Shown piece after piece: positions 16,395 to 24,496 of a stretch of DNA of 32,000 bases (position 1 is its first letter; each line of letters starts with the position of its first letter). The position numbers and the translations under genes are program-made. Below the pieces are notes generated by a model that had not been told where the DNA came from, searched no databases, and saw nothing but the letters and a program-made list of their open reading frames with translations. The DNA lies in the NCBI GenBank assembly GCA_965224465.1, contig OZ245049.1, forward strand, positions 3,420,001 to 3,452,000, given 5' to 3'. This stretch comes from Flavobacteriaceae bacterium. GTDB lineage: Bacteria > Bacteroidota > Bacteroidia > Flavobacteriales > Flavobacteriaceae.

Positions 16395-18173
16395 ATGCAG
16401 GACAGTCCTATTTTATATTATACCCATAGATTAGCAGGGTTTAACAAACAATTAAAAGCAGTAAAGCGTTTGCTGTATATTTCTTCCTTTTTTAGGTTTG
16501 GAGTGTTTTTAGCAACTTCCTTTGCGGTTTATATCACATTTAATCAGTGGAAAGTGAGTTTGTTTTGTGCAGTTCTAGGCATCGCTGGTTTTGTGTTTTT
16601 ATTGTTACGCCATTTTAAATTGGCGTATAATCGGGATAAAATAAAAGTGCTTATTGCGATGAATCAACTGGAAATAGATGTTGTAAATGGTGATATATCT
16701 AAACTAGCTACAGGGGAAGAATTTGTAGATCCAAGTCATTTTTATAGTTATGATATTGATTTATTCGGTGACAATTCTTTGTTTCAGTATATCAATAGAA
16801 CAGCTACTCAGGAAGGAAAAAACAGCTTGGCTCATCTTTTTACTTCCAATGCTATTAAAGGTATTGTTCAAAAACAAGAACTACTTGCCGAGTTGGCTGA
16901 TAAGAAAGATTGGCGTCAGAATTTTAGTGCCATCGCAGCATTGATTACAACAAACACAAAGATTGATGTTTTAAATAATTGGCTTAAAAATTACAGCGCT
17001 TTTGTACCTCAATTGATGCGTTATTTGCCAAGTGTTTTTTCTGTAATTTCTATTGCTTTAACAGTGTTGTTTTTTATGGATCTTATGCCAAACCTTATTT
17101 TTTATGGATGGTTTTTTCTAGGTTTGGGAATTAGTGGTATCTATGTTTCACGTGTCAATTCCTTGTCGAATCACACAAGTACAGTAAGTGCTGCTTTTAG
17201 TGAATATTCAAAATTAATTGCTTGTGTAGAGTCTGCAACATTTGTGAGTGAAGGACTTCGAAATCAACAAGAAAAACTAATTAAAGAACAGGTGAAAGCC
17301 TCTGAAATTGTTGGAGAGTTTTCTAAATTGTTAGCTGCTTTGGACAGTAGGAATAATATATTTATAGCCATGGTGCTCAATGGGTTTTTTCTGTGGGATT
17401 TAAAACAATCGTTTCTTATAGAAGCATGGATTAAAAAGTACCATTCAAAAGTGACAGACTGGTTTGAGGTGATCTCTTTTTTTGATGCTCATAATAGTCT
17501 CGCAAACTATGTGTTTAATCATCCATCGTTTTGTACTGCTACAATTGATGAGCATGCTTCCACTGTATTAAATGCAACGCAATTAGGACATCCTTTACTG
17601 AAACTGAAAGGGCGTGTTGATAACGATTTCTCGATAGATGCAGCTCAGTTTTTTATTGTTACAGGGGCAAATATGGCAGGGAAAAGTACGTTTTTACGGA
17701 CTGTTTCTCTAAGTATTGTATTGTGTAATATGGGCTTGCCTGTTTGTGCGACAAAAGCGGTGTACTCACCAATTAAATTAATCACTAGCATGCGTACCAG
17801 TGATTCCTTAGCGGAAGGATCTTCGTATTTTTTCGCAGAATTACAACGCTTAAAAACCATTGTAGATGCAGTGAAAACAGACACCTATTTTATTATTTTA
17901 GACGAAATTTTAAAAGGAACCAATAGCCACGATAAAGCTTTGGGCTCTAAGAAAATAGTGCGTCAGTTTGCTTCTCAAAAGGCTTGTGGGATTATTGCGA
18001 CCCACGATTTGAGCTTGTGTGAGTTGGAAGCGGAAATAAGTGAAGTTGAAAATTACTTTTTTGATGCCGAAATTATCAATGATGAGCTATATTTTGGTTA
18101 TCAATTAAAAAAAGGTGTTTGTAGCAATATGAATGCTTCATTTTTATTGAAGAAAATGGAGATTGTGAGTTAG
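16395..18173 (+). CDS. Membrane-anchored MutS-related protein (MutS domain V ATPase paralog)
   Basis: N-terminal hydrophobic helices. C-terminal Walker A VTGANMAGKSTFLRTV, then SYFFAELQRL, Walker B FIILDEILKGTN and ATHD. Confidence 0.85.
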   Translation: MQDSPILYYTHRLAGFNKQLKAVKRLLYISSFFRFGVFLATSFAVYITFNQWKVSLFCAVLGIAGFVFLLLRHFKLAYNRDKIKVLIAMNQLEIDVVNGDISKLATGEEFVDPSHFYSYDIDLFGDNSLFQYINRTATQEGKNSLAHLFTSNAIKGIVQKQELLAELADKKDWRQNFSAIAALITTNTKIDVLNNWLKNYSAFVPQLMRYLPSVFSVISIALTVLFFMDLMPNLIFYGWFFLGLGISGIYVSRVNSLSNHTSTVSAAFSEYSKLIACVESATFVSEGLRNQQEKLIKEQVKASEIVGEFSKLLAALDSRNNIFIAMVLNGFFLWDLKQSFLIEAWIKKYHSKVTDWFEVISFFDAHNSLANYVFNHPSFCTATIDEHASTVLNATQLGHPLLKLKGRVDNDFSIDAAQFFIVTGANMAGKSTFLRTVSLSIVLCNMGLPVCATKAVYSPIKLITSMRTSDSLAEGSSYFFAELQRLKTIVDAVKTDTYFIILDEILKGTNSHDKALGSKKIVRQFASQKACGIIATHDLSLCELEAEISEVENYFFDAEIINDELYFGYQLKKGVCSNMNASFLLKKMEIVS

Positions 18174-18216
18174 TAGTTGCTCCTGTCTGCACCCCGTTGG
18201 GCTGTGATCAATTATA

Positions 18217-18371
18217 CCAATTACCATCCAAAATAACCGATATAAATAGTTTGTTTTAGGTGCTAGCGTTGTTAAAAAATAGAACAATAGCTAAGGCTAT
18301 CCTTAGATTTCTCGCCTAGCTAGAACAAAAAATAATTCTATTTCTAAAACGTCCTTTGGAAATGTATTTGG
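18217..18371 (+). repeat. MITE-like palindromic intergenic element, copy B (full length, 155 bp)
   Basis: TA-flanked (18215-18216 and 18372-18373). Imperfect terminal inverted repeats: CCAATTACCATCCAAAATAACCG and CGTCCTTTGGAAATGTATTTGG. Central hairpin CTAAGG-CTAT-CCTTAG at 18291-18306. Lies 43 nt after the MutS-like stop. Confidence 0.85.
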
Positions 18372-18488
18372 TATTGGATGTAAGTTGAGTAATATAATAT
18401 TTACGCCTAGCCTTTAGAACAACCAACATTTTCTCTTTGATATCCCTTTATGATCCAGTATCTTTAATCCCATCAAACGAAATTAAAA

Positions 18489-19637
18489 ATGCCCATATCA
18501 TTTACTTCTAAATTACCGCATGTAGGTACGACCATATTTACAGTGATGAGCCAGATGGCTCAGGAATACAACGCTTTAAATTTATCTCAAGGGTTTCCGA
18601 ATTTTGAAGCCTCTCCAGATTTATTGCGATGTACGAGTGATGCCATGAAAAATGGTTACAATCAATATGCGCCCATGGCAGGAGCACTTCTGTTACGAGA
18701 GCAAATAGCGATAAAAATAGCGAATTTATATGCAAGAAATTATGATGTGGATACAGAAATTACGGTGACTGCAGGGGCAACTCAAGCTATTTTCACCATA
18801 ATTACTGCTTTTTTAAGAAAAGATGATGAGGTTGTTATTTTTAAACCCGCTTATGATTGTTATGAACCTGCTATTGAATTGGTCGGTGCGAAATCGGTGC
18901 TGATACAATTGGAAGCACCTCGGTTTTCTGTGGATTGGGAGGTCGTAAAAAATGCCATCACACCAAAAACAAAAATGATAATTATTAATTCGCCACACAA
19001 TCCATCGGGGACTATTTGGTCCGCAGCCGATATGCAGCAATTGTCAGACGTTTTGGAAGGGACACATATTTTATTGCTCAGTGATGAGGTGTACGAACAT
19101 ATTATTTTTGATGGAGAGCAACATCAAAGTGCTGCTTTGTTTCCCAAATTAGCGGAAAGAGCTTTTATTGTATCGTCTTTTGGGAAGACATTTCATGTTA
19201 CAGGATGGAAAATTGGCTATGTAGTGGGTCCTAAGGAATTGATGGTTGAATTCAGGAAAGTACATCAGTTCAATGTGTTTAGCGTTCATACTCCTAGTCA
19301 AATGGGCTTGGCTGAATATTTAAAGAACGAAGAAAATTATAGGTGCTTACCTGCTTTTTATCAGCAAAAAAGAGATTTGTTTTTAGCTGCGTTGGAAACA
19401 TCGCGTTTTAAATTTAAACCTTCCCAGGGAACTTTTTTTCAGTTGCTAGCATACGAGGATATCAGCCAAGAAAACGATGTTGATTTTTCGAAACGGTTGG
19501 TGAGAGAGTTTGGGATTGCTTCTATTCCTATTTCTGTATTTAATACCAAAGAAGCCACAATGAATGTACTGCGATTCTGTTTCGCAAAAACGGATGAAAC
19601 CCTTTTAAAAGCCGCTGAATTATTATGCAAGATTTAA
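18489..19637 (+). CDS. PLP-dependent class I/II aminotransferase (methionine/glutamine transaminase, YbdL-like)
   Basis: 382-aa ORF with NLSQGFPNF, INSPHNPSG and the PLP-lysine context SSFGKTFHVTGWKIGY. Confidence 0.88.
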   Translation: MPISFTSKLPHVGTTIFTVMSQMAQEYNALNLSQGFPNFEASPDLLRCTSDAMKNGYNQYAPMAGALLLREQIAIKIANLYARNYDVDTEITVTAGATQAIFTIITAFLRKDDEVVIFKPAYDCYEPAIELVGAKSVLIQLEAPRFSVDWEVVKNAITPKTKMIIINSPHNPSGTIWSAADMQQLSDVLEGTHILLLSDEVYEHIIFDGEQHQSAALFPKLAERAFIVSSFGKTFHVTGWKIGYVVGPKELMVEFRKVHQFNVFSVHTPSQMGLAEYLKNEENYRCLPAFYQQKRDLFLAALETSRFKFKPSQGTFFQLLAYEDISQENDVDFSKRLVREFGIASIPISVFNTKEATMNVLRFCFAKTDETLLKAAELLCKI

Positions 19638-20407
19638 CAATAGCCTTATTTCAATATGATATTGCTTGGGAGAACCCATCAGTAAATAGAGAAAAAATAA
19701 CATTATTTATAGACGGCTTACCTTCTGAAACTGATTTGGTGATTTTGCCGGAAATGTTTACTACTGGATTTAGTTTGAAACCCAAGGGATTGGCGGAGAC
19801 CATGCAGGGGATTACCGTGTTGTGGATGCAGGAATTGGCGAAAAAACACCAAGTTGCAATTGTGGGAAGTCTTATCATTATTGAGAATAAAAAATATTAC
19901 AACCGACTGGTTTTTGTGCATGATTCTGGACGTATTGAATCCTATGATAAACGCCATGCTTTTACGCTGGCAGGTGAGCAAAAGGAATATACAAAAGGAA
20001 CAGAACGCCGCATCGTAACTTATAAAGGTTGGCGAATTTGTCCTTTGATATGTTATGATTTAAGATTCCCTGTTTGGGCAAGAAATAAAGAGGAATATGA
20101 ACTGTTGTTGTATGTGGCTAATTGGCCAGAGGCACGTATCAAAGCTTGGGATGCTTTATTAAAAGCACGTGCCATTGAAAACATGGCGTATACCGTGGGT
20201 GTGAATAGGGTTGGGGTGGATGCAAATGGTCACAAATACTGTGGCAACTCTGTGGTGCTAGATGCCCTAGGTACTGTTTTGAAAGCTTCAGAAATACACA
20301 CGGAAATGGGCTGTATTGTTACGTTGTCAAAAGAACGTTTAGATACGGCCCGGAATCGTTTTGGGTTTTTAAAGGATGGGGATGATTTTGAGTTTGTTGT
20401 TAGGTGA
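19625..20407 (+). CDS. Carbon-nitrogen hydrolase family amidohydrolase (omega-amidase, YafV-like)
   Basis: Overlaps the aminotransferase by 13 nt. Nitrilase-superfamily context: LPEMFTTGF (catalytic Glu), DKRH, and ICYDLRFP (catalytic Cys). Confidence 0.88.
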   Translation: MQDLTIALFQYDIAWENPSVNREKITLFIDGLPSETDLVILPEMFTTGFSLKPKGLAETMQGITVLWMQELAKKHQVAIVGSLIIIENKKYYNRLVFVHDSGRIESYDKRHAFTLAGEQKEYTKGTERRIVTYKGWRICPLICYDLRFPVWARNKEEYELLLYVANWPEARIKAWDALLKARAIENMAYTVGVNRVGVDANGHKYCGNSVVLDALGTVLKASEIHTEMGCIVTLSKERLDTARNRFGFLKDGDDFEFVVR

Positions 20408-20454
20408 TGTGGGTTTGTAAAGGTACTTCTTTTACCATTCACCATTTTCCAACA

Positions 20455-22047
20455 CTATTTTAAGTCAAAGACCTCATTTAGTTCCCAATTGGCAGAAATT
20501 TCCAGTTCTTTTCCGAAATACAATACAGGTTCGGGTTGTGTTTTGTTTAAAAAATGACCAGGATCCCATTTTCCATTCCCATTTAAGTCTCGAATTACTC
20601 TTATTTTATAGGTGGATTTTTTTAAGTTTATAAAACTGAAGTTGGTTTTTTCAACCGCATATTTTCTAGTAATTAGGGCTCCTTTTTTGTCTAAAAGTTC
20701 TACGATAATAGGGGTGGTTCCTATTTTATTGACTTTTAATTGAATAATTCCGTAATCATCGGGGTGTTTGGTTGAGAAAGATACTTTTAGGGTGTCGTTT
20801 TCTACTCCGTAGATGTCTTTTAATGCTTTAGGAAGCATAGTGAATCTGTATTTGTTATTGTATTTTCTGTTGAAATATATATATAATTTTGTGCCTACTT
20901 GACTCGTTTTTATAGCGATTATAACGGAATCTTTGTCCCTTAACTCCATGTAGTTGGTGTCAATATGGTCTATGGGGTTGTTGCTAACCAATGCAAAAGT
21001 ATCTCTCAAATGCATCACGCCAGAAACGGTACTTATTACCTGTAAGGAATCCAGTTTCTTTTTACGCAATAGGACTCTGTATTCTTTTTTGAAATTTGTA
21101 TTGGTGATTTCAAAATTTAACGAGTCGGTTTTAAAAGGAGTGTAATAATAGAGTAAGGTGTCTTTGTCCTTCTCATAAATATATGTTGATTTGAAATTGG
21201 CAGGTGTAGGTGTTAAAAGTGTTACCTTTAAGTTTTTTCGAAGTCCAGTATACCCAATACTTATTTTTCCTAGGGATACCTCTTTAGGTCTAAGTACAGT
21301 AAAATCAGGGACTTCTTTAAATAATGTCAAAAGGTACGTGGAGTCTGAAGGTAAATCTATATAGCTTTTTAGGTAGGCAATTTTATCTTCTCTAGGGTTG
21401 AACATATAATTAAAACTAACATCTTTTAGTGCCAATAATAGGTATTTTCCTTTTTTTAGATTGGTGAATTCAAATACGGTACTATCTAGGGTAGAACTTA
21501 CATAGTTTGGCTTTTTCTTAAAAATGATAGAGTCTGTAAATTGATCGTTTACCTCGTAAAGCAACAAGGAAATTCCCTTAGCGGTCTCTTCTAAAAAAGC
21601 ATCTTTGACACGTCCTTTTAACGTGAGAGAATCCAAATAAGTTCCTGTAGAAAAAACATATTTAAACTGAGGAAAAATATTTCCTTCATTATTATCAATG
21701 ATTGCATTTCCAAAATTGAATGAGTAAGTGGTGTTTTCTGCAAGTGTATCCATAATTTTAATATCGATGTGTTTGCTTGCTGTACCGAGTGGCATAATCA
21801 CAGGAGCATTTTTCTGTGGAGGTGAAATCACCAGTTGTTTATTTAAGTCTTTCAGTTTGATGTATTCATCAAAGTAAATACGTACTTTTTTAGCGTCAAA
21901 ATTCACGGAACTGTTTACAGGCATCGACTTTACAAAAACGGGAGGGATGCTATCTTTTGCTCCTCCAATAGGAGAGCCACGCCTTGCACAACTAGAAAGA
22001 CTTAAAGCAAATACGGCAACACATAAAAACAAAATAGTACGAAACAT
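20455..22047 (-). CDS. Ig-like domain-containing lipoprotein (function unknown)
   Basis: 530-aa ORF with a lipoprotein signal (FALSLSSC), followed by RRGSPIGGAKDSIPPVF, which is typical of SbsA-Ig/Big_5-type N-termini. Confidence 0.75.
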   Translation of the reverse strand: MFRTILFLCVAVFALSLSSCARRGSPIGGAKDSIPPVFVKSMPVNSSVNFDAKKVRIYFDEYIKLKDLNKQLVISPPQKNAPVIMPLGTASKHIDIKIMDTLAENTTYSFNFGNAIIDNNEGNIFPQFKYVFSTGTYLDSLTLKGRVKDAFLEETAKGISLLLYEVNDQFTDSIIFKKKPNYVSSTLDSTVFEFTNLKKGKYLLLALKDVSFNYMFNPREDKIAYLKSYIDLPSDSTYLLTLFKEVPDFTVLRPKEVSLGKISIGYTGLRKNLKVTLLTPTPANFKSTYIYEKDKDTLLYYYTPFKTDSLNFEITNTNFKKEYRVLLRKKKLDSLQVISTVSGVMHLRDTFALVSNNPIDHIDTNYMELRDKDSVIIAIKTSQVGTKLYIYFNRKYNNKYRFTMLPKALKDIYGVENDTLKVSFSTKHPDDYGIIQLKVNKIGTTPIIVELLDKKGALITRKYAVEKTNFSFINLKKSTYKIRVIRDLNGNGKWDPGHFLNKTQPEPVLYFGKELEISANWELNEVFDLK

Positions 22048-22062
22048 TCAATAATTTTAGGA

Positions 22063-22070
22063 CAAAAATA
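22063..22070 (-). promoter_or_regulatory. Candidate -7 promoter box for the Ig-like lipoprotein gene
   Basis: Minus strand reads TATTTTTG, 16 nt upstream of the ATG at 22047. Confidence 0.35.
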
Positions 22071-22649
22071 ACAACATATTTCAACAAAAAACACGTTTCA
22101 TGGAATATTTGACTGCTTTGCTGAAAAAAAAGATAAAATCTTCTTTGGTCTCTCTAGTTTTAAGTGATTTTTATCTTGTTCTGGTCCTCATGTTCTGTTT
22201 GTATAGGAGTGCTATATCTGATAGGCTTTTTTATTTTTAACAAGCATTTCTTAAAGAAGAGAGGGGGCGTATATCTACCATAAACGTTCTGTATTTCGTT
22301 ATATTCATATTTTATTCGCCCCTATTGTTTTTATGGGGGTTCGTGATGTGCTTCTCTAAATAAACGAACCTAAAAAGCAGACTTTTAGAATGTGTTTTTT
22401 AAGGCGAAAAATTTTTCTTAAAAACCATATCCAAAACTGCGCATTGCTCCTAAGATCACACCAAGGTTTTTCTGATTTTGAACGTAGATACGGTATAAAA
22501 GACGGTTTTCCATACTATATTATTGATGTGATTAGCATTATTTTTCAATACCTTTTGTAGCTGGCTGTACAGTATCGTAGGCATGAGTTTTTAATAAAAC
22601 CTCAATCCTCAATTAGGAGCATTTGAAATCCGTGCCATTGGTTATACTA

Positions 22650-22827
22650 GCAATTACCATCCAAAATAAACGATGTGAAATAGTTTGTTTTAAGTTCTAG
22701 CGTTGTTGAAAATAGCACAATAGAAGGCTGTCCTTCCATTTTCCGCCTAGCTATAATGCCAGTTAAAATCCAAAATGACCTATATAAACAATTCTATTTC
22801 TAAAACGTCACTTGGGAATGTATTTGG
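22650..22827 (+). repeat. MITE-like element, copy C (composite, 178 bp)
   Basis: It has a normal 5' arm and central part. At ~22759-22790 a second 5' arm (CCAGTTAAAATCCAAAATGACCTATATAAA) is joined directly to the 3' arm. TA flanks at 22648-22649 and 22828-22829. Confidence 0.8.
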
Positions 22828-22869
22828 TATTATTCTAGCCTCCTTTTATTTTTAGATTTCATGTTACAT

Positions 22870-23043
22870 TTATAAGTCTGTAATTGCTCCGCAAACAAGT
22901 CCAATAGCAAATCCTCCAATTGGACCTATTGCTAGAGTAAAAGCAAGTGCAACAAATCCACAAGCAACTTTTAAATCAAAGTTTCCTCTTTGTAGGTCTT
23001 GTGTTTTTGCAATTTCTAATACTTTAATAATTTTCTTTTTCAT
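22870..23043 (-). CDS. 57-aa small hydrophobic glycine-rich peptide (class II bacteriocin-like, or a small membrane peptide)
   Basis: ATG at 23043, TAA at 22872-22870, below the ORF-track length cutoff. Translation: MKKKIIKVLEIAKTQDLQRGNFDLKVACGFVALAFTLAIGPIGGFAIGLVCGAITDL. It has a charged N-terminus followed by a GxxxG-rich hydrophobic tail. A candidate -7 box TATTTTTG lies on the minus strand at 23095-23102. Confidence 0.45.
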   Translation of the reverse strand: MKKKIIKVLEIAKTQDLQRGNFDLKVACGFVALAFTLAIGPIGGFAIGLVCGAITDL

Positions 23044-23567
23044 AATTAATTTCCCCTAATTCATTTAAAGACCTATTAGATTGGTGCATTTTCACAAAAA
23101 TATTGTTACACAACGCACACTAGTGCATCGTGTTATTTTTAATGTTAAGGGGAAATATTGTTTAGCAATTTAAAACAATGCCGTAAACATATTTTTATTT
23201 TTTATTATTCGCAAGTATTTTCTTAAGTATTTTTAGAAAAAAGAGGTGGTTTTGTGATATATGCAATTGTTTTAAGTGATCTGCTGTGATATTCGTAACG
23301 GTTATTGTATCTGTATTTGATTTTGCGGGGTGTTTTGAATAAAAACAACTTGTAGATTTAACTTTTATGGTTTTTTTACTAAATAAGGAATGGAGCTAAG
23401 CGGAATTAGTAGACGTAATATGTTGAATTAATCTGTAGCATATCGTTGTTAATCCCACCAGTGGATTTAATTCTTCGATGCTTGCATCTAAATGATTAAA
23501 GTTTTTTATTTTTCATGCCTCGTGGGCTTGCCCCAAGGTTATTGACTCCCTTATGGAGGGTTTAAGA

Positions 23568-23722
23568 CCAATTACAATCCAAAATGACCTATATAAATAG
23601 GTTGTTTTACGTTTTAGCGTTGTTAAAAAACAGAATGATAGCCAAGACTATCCATCTATTTTTAGCCTTTTTCAAATAAAACATAATTCTATTTCTAAAC
23701 CGTCACTTGGGAATGTAGTTGG
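23568..23722 (+). repeat. MITE-like palindromic intergenic element, copy D (full length, 155 bp)
   Basis: Starts CCAATTACAATCCAAAATGACCTATATAAATAGG and ends CCGTCACTTGGGAATGTAGTTGG. Same length as copies B and E. TA on the 3' flank, GA on the 5' flank. Confidence 0.85.
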
Positions 23723-23828
23723 TACAATTCCCTGCGGATCTGTCTCGAGACAGGGGATAGTCTTTCGGAAGCATGCCTCGTTCCCTTGGGTCGAGGCTGT
23801 TGTTTTATAAAAGTAGGAATAGCTTGCC

Positions 23829-24359
23829 TTATGATTCTTGTACCTTCTGTTTCCTTGCAGCTGTTTTTTGTTTGTAATGTTTCTTGGTAGCGATATACAA
23901 AGTCTTGTCTAGTGTGCAAAACACAGCACCTTTGTCCGAATGGATATGGGTGTTTAATTTCAAGTTCATTTCTCCATTTGCTGCCACTTCTTTTTTTATG
24001 GTATCTAGTATCTCATCATTTAACGTAAAACTACAATAGGCATTTTCATGCGCAGGTTTTTTATAGGTGATGGTGGCTGCTTTGTCCCAAACCACGTATT
24101 CTTTTCCTAGAATCCACATTAGCTGTATCATAAAAATAGGGTCGGTTGCCGAGAATAATGAACCTCCAAAAATGCTCCCCACAAAGTTTCTGTTTCTGTA
24201 ATTGATAGGGATTTTAATTCGAACTTCTAATAAGTCGTCTGTTACATTTGTGATTTTAGCGGTTGTACTTCGGTACATAGGGGAGAGGTTAAAGCCCCAT
24301 TTAAATAAGGAAGCCTTGGATATGAATTTCAGTAAGAATGTGGTTATTTTTTGATACAT
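23829..24359 (-). CDS. DUF4442-like hotdog-fold protein (YiiD C-terminal-like putative thioesterase)
   Basis: 176-aa ORF with NLSPMYRSTTAKITNV, RNFVGSIFGGSLFSATDPIFMIQLM and YVVWDKAATITYKKP, matching the pattern I recall for this family. Confidence 0.7.
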   Translation of the reverse strand: MYQKITTFLLKFISKASLFKWGFNLSPMYRSTTAKITNVTDDLLEVRIKIPINYRNRNFVGSIFGGSLFSATDPIFMIQLMWILGKEYVVWDKAATITYKKPAHENAYCSFTLNDEILDTIKKEVAANGEMNLKLNTHIHSDKGAVFCTLDKTLYIATKKHYKQKTAARKQKVQES

Positions 24360-24496
24360 GGTGTAAAGTTATTGGTTTTAAACGGCGCAATTACACCCCC
24401 TAAATTGTTCCTTTCGTGGTGTTTGAAAGGGGGATTGTTCTTGCTTTTTTATGTTAAATGAGTTGGTTTTTTATTGATTCAGTTTTTCACCATGCG

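Noticed and set aside
22100-22240. 46-aa plus-strand ORF (MEYLTALLKKKIKSSLVSLVLSDFYLVLVLMFCLY...) with one hydrophobic segment
   Set aside because: No promoter-like box, no recognisable motif, and AT-rich sequence readily yields such ORFs.
22418-22513. 31-aa minus-strand ORF ending ...GVILGAMRSFGYGF, resembling an outer-membrane beta-barrel C-terminus
   Set aside because: It is too short, and a stop lies just upstream in the same frame. It cannot be separated from chance without a homology search, so it is mentioned only as context for the gene-poor region.
23766-23773. Possible SRP (4.5S) RNA, because of CGGAAGCA near CAGG
   Set aside because: The surrounding sequence cannot form the conserved helix-8 arrangement (GNRA tetraloop closed by UCC/GGA with the AGCA loop). 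The resemblance is limited to a few nucleotides.
23791-23802. 12-nt identity TCGAGGCTGTTG shared with 31927-31938
   Set aside because: A 12-mer match is within chance expectation for all-against-all comparison of a 32-kb window on both strands, and there is no extended similarity around it.
23695-23919. 74-aa minus-strand ORF
   Set aside because: It runs through MITE copy D and the GC-rich palindromes, overlaps the 3' end of the DUF4442-like gene, and has an arginine/glutamine-rich, compositionally odd translation.
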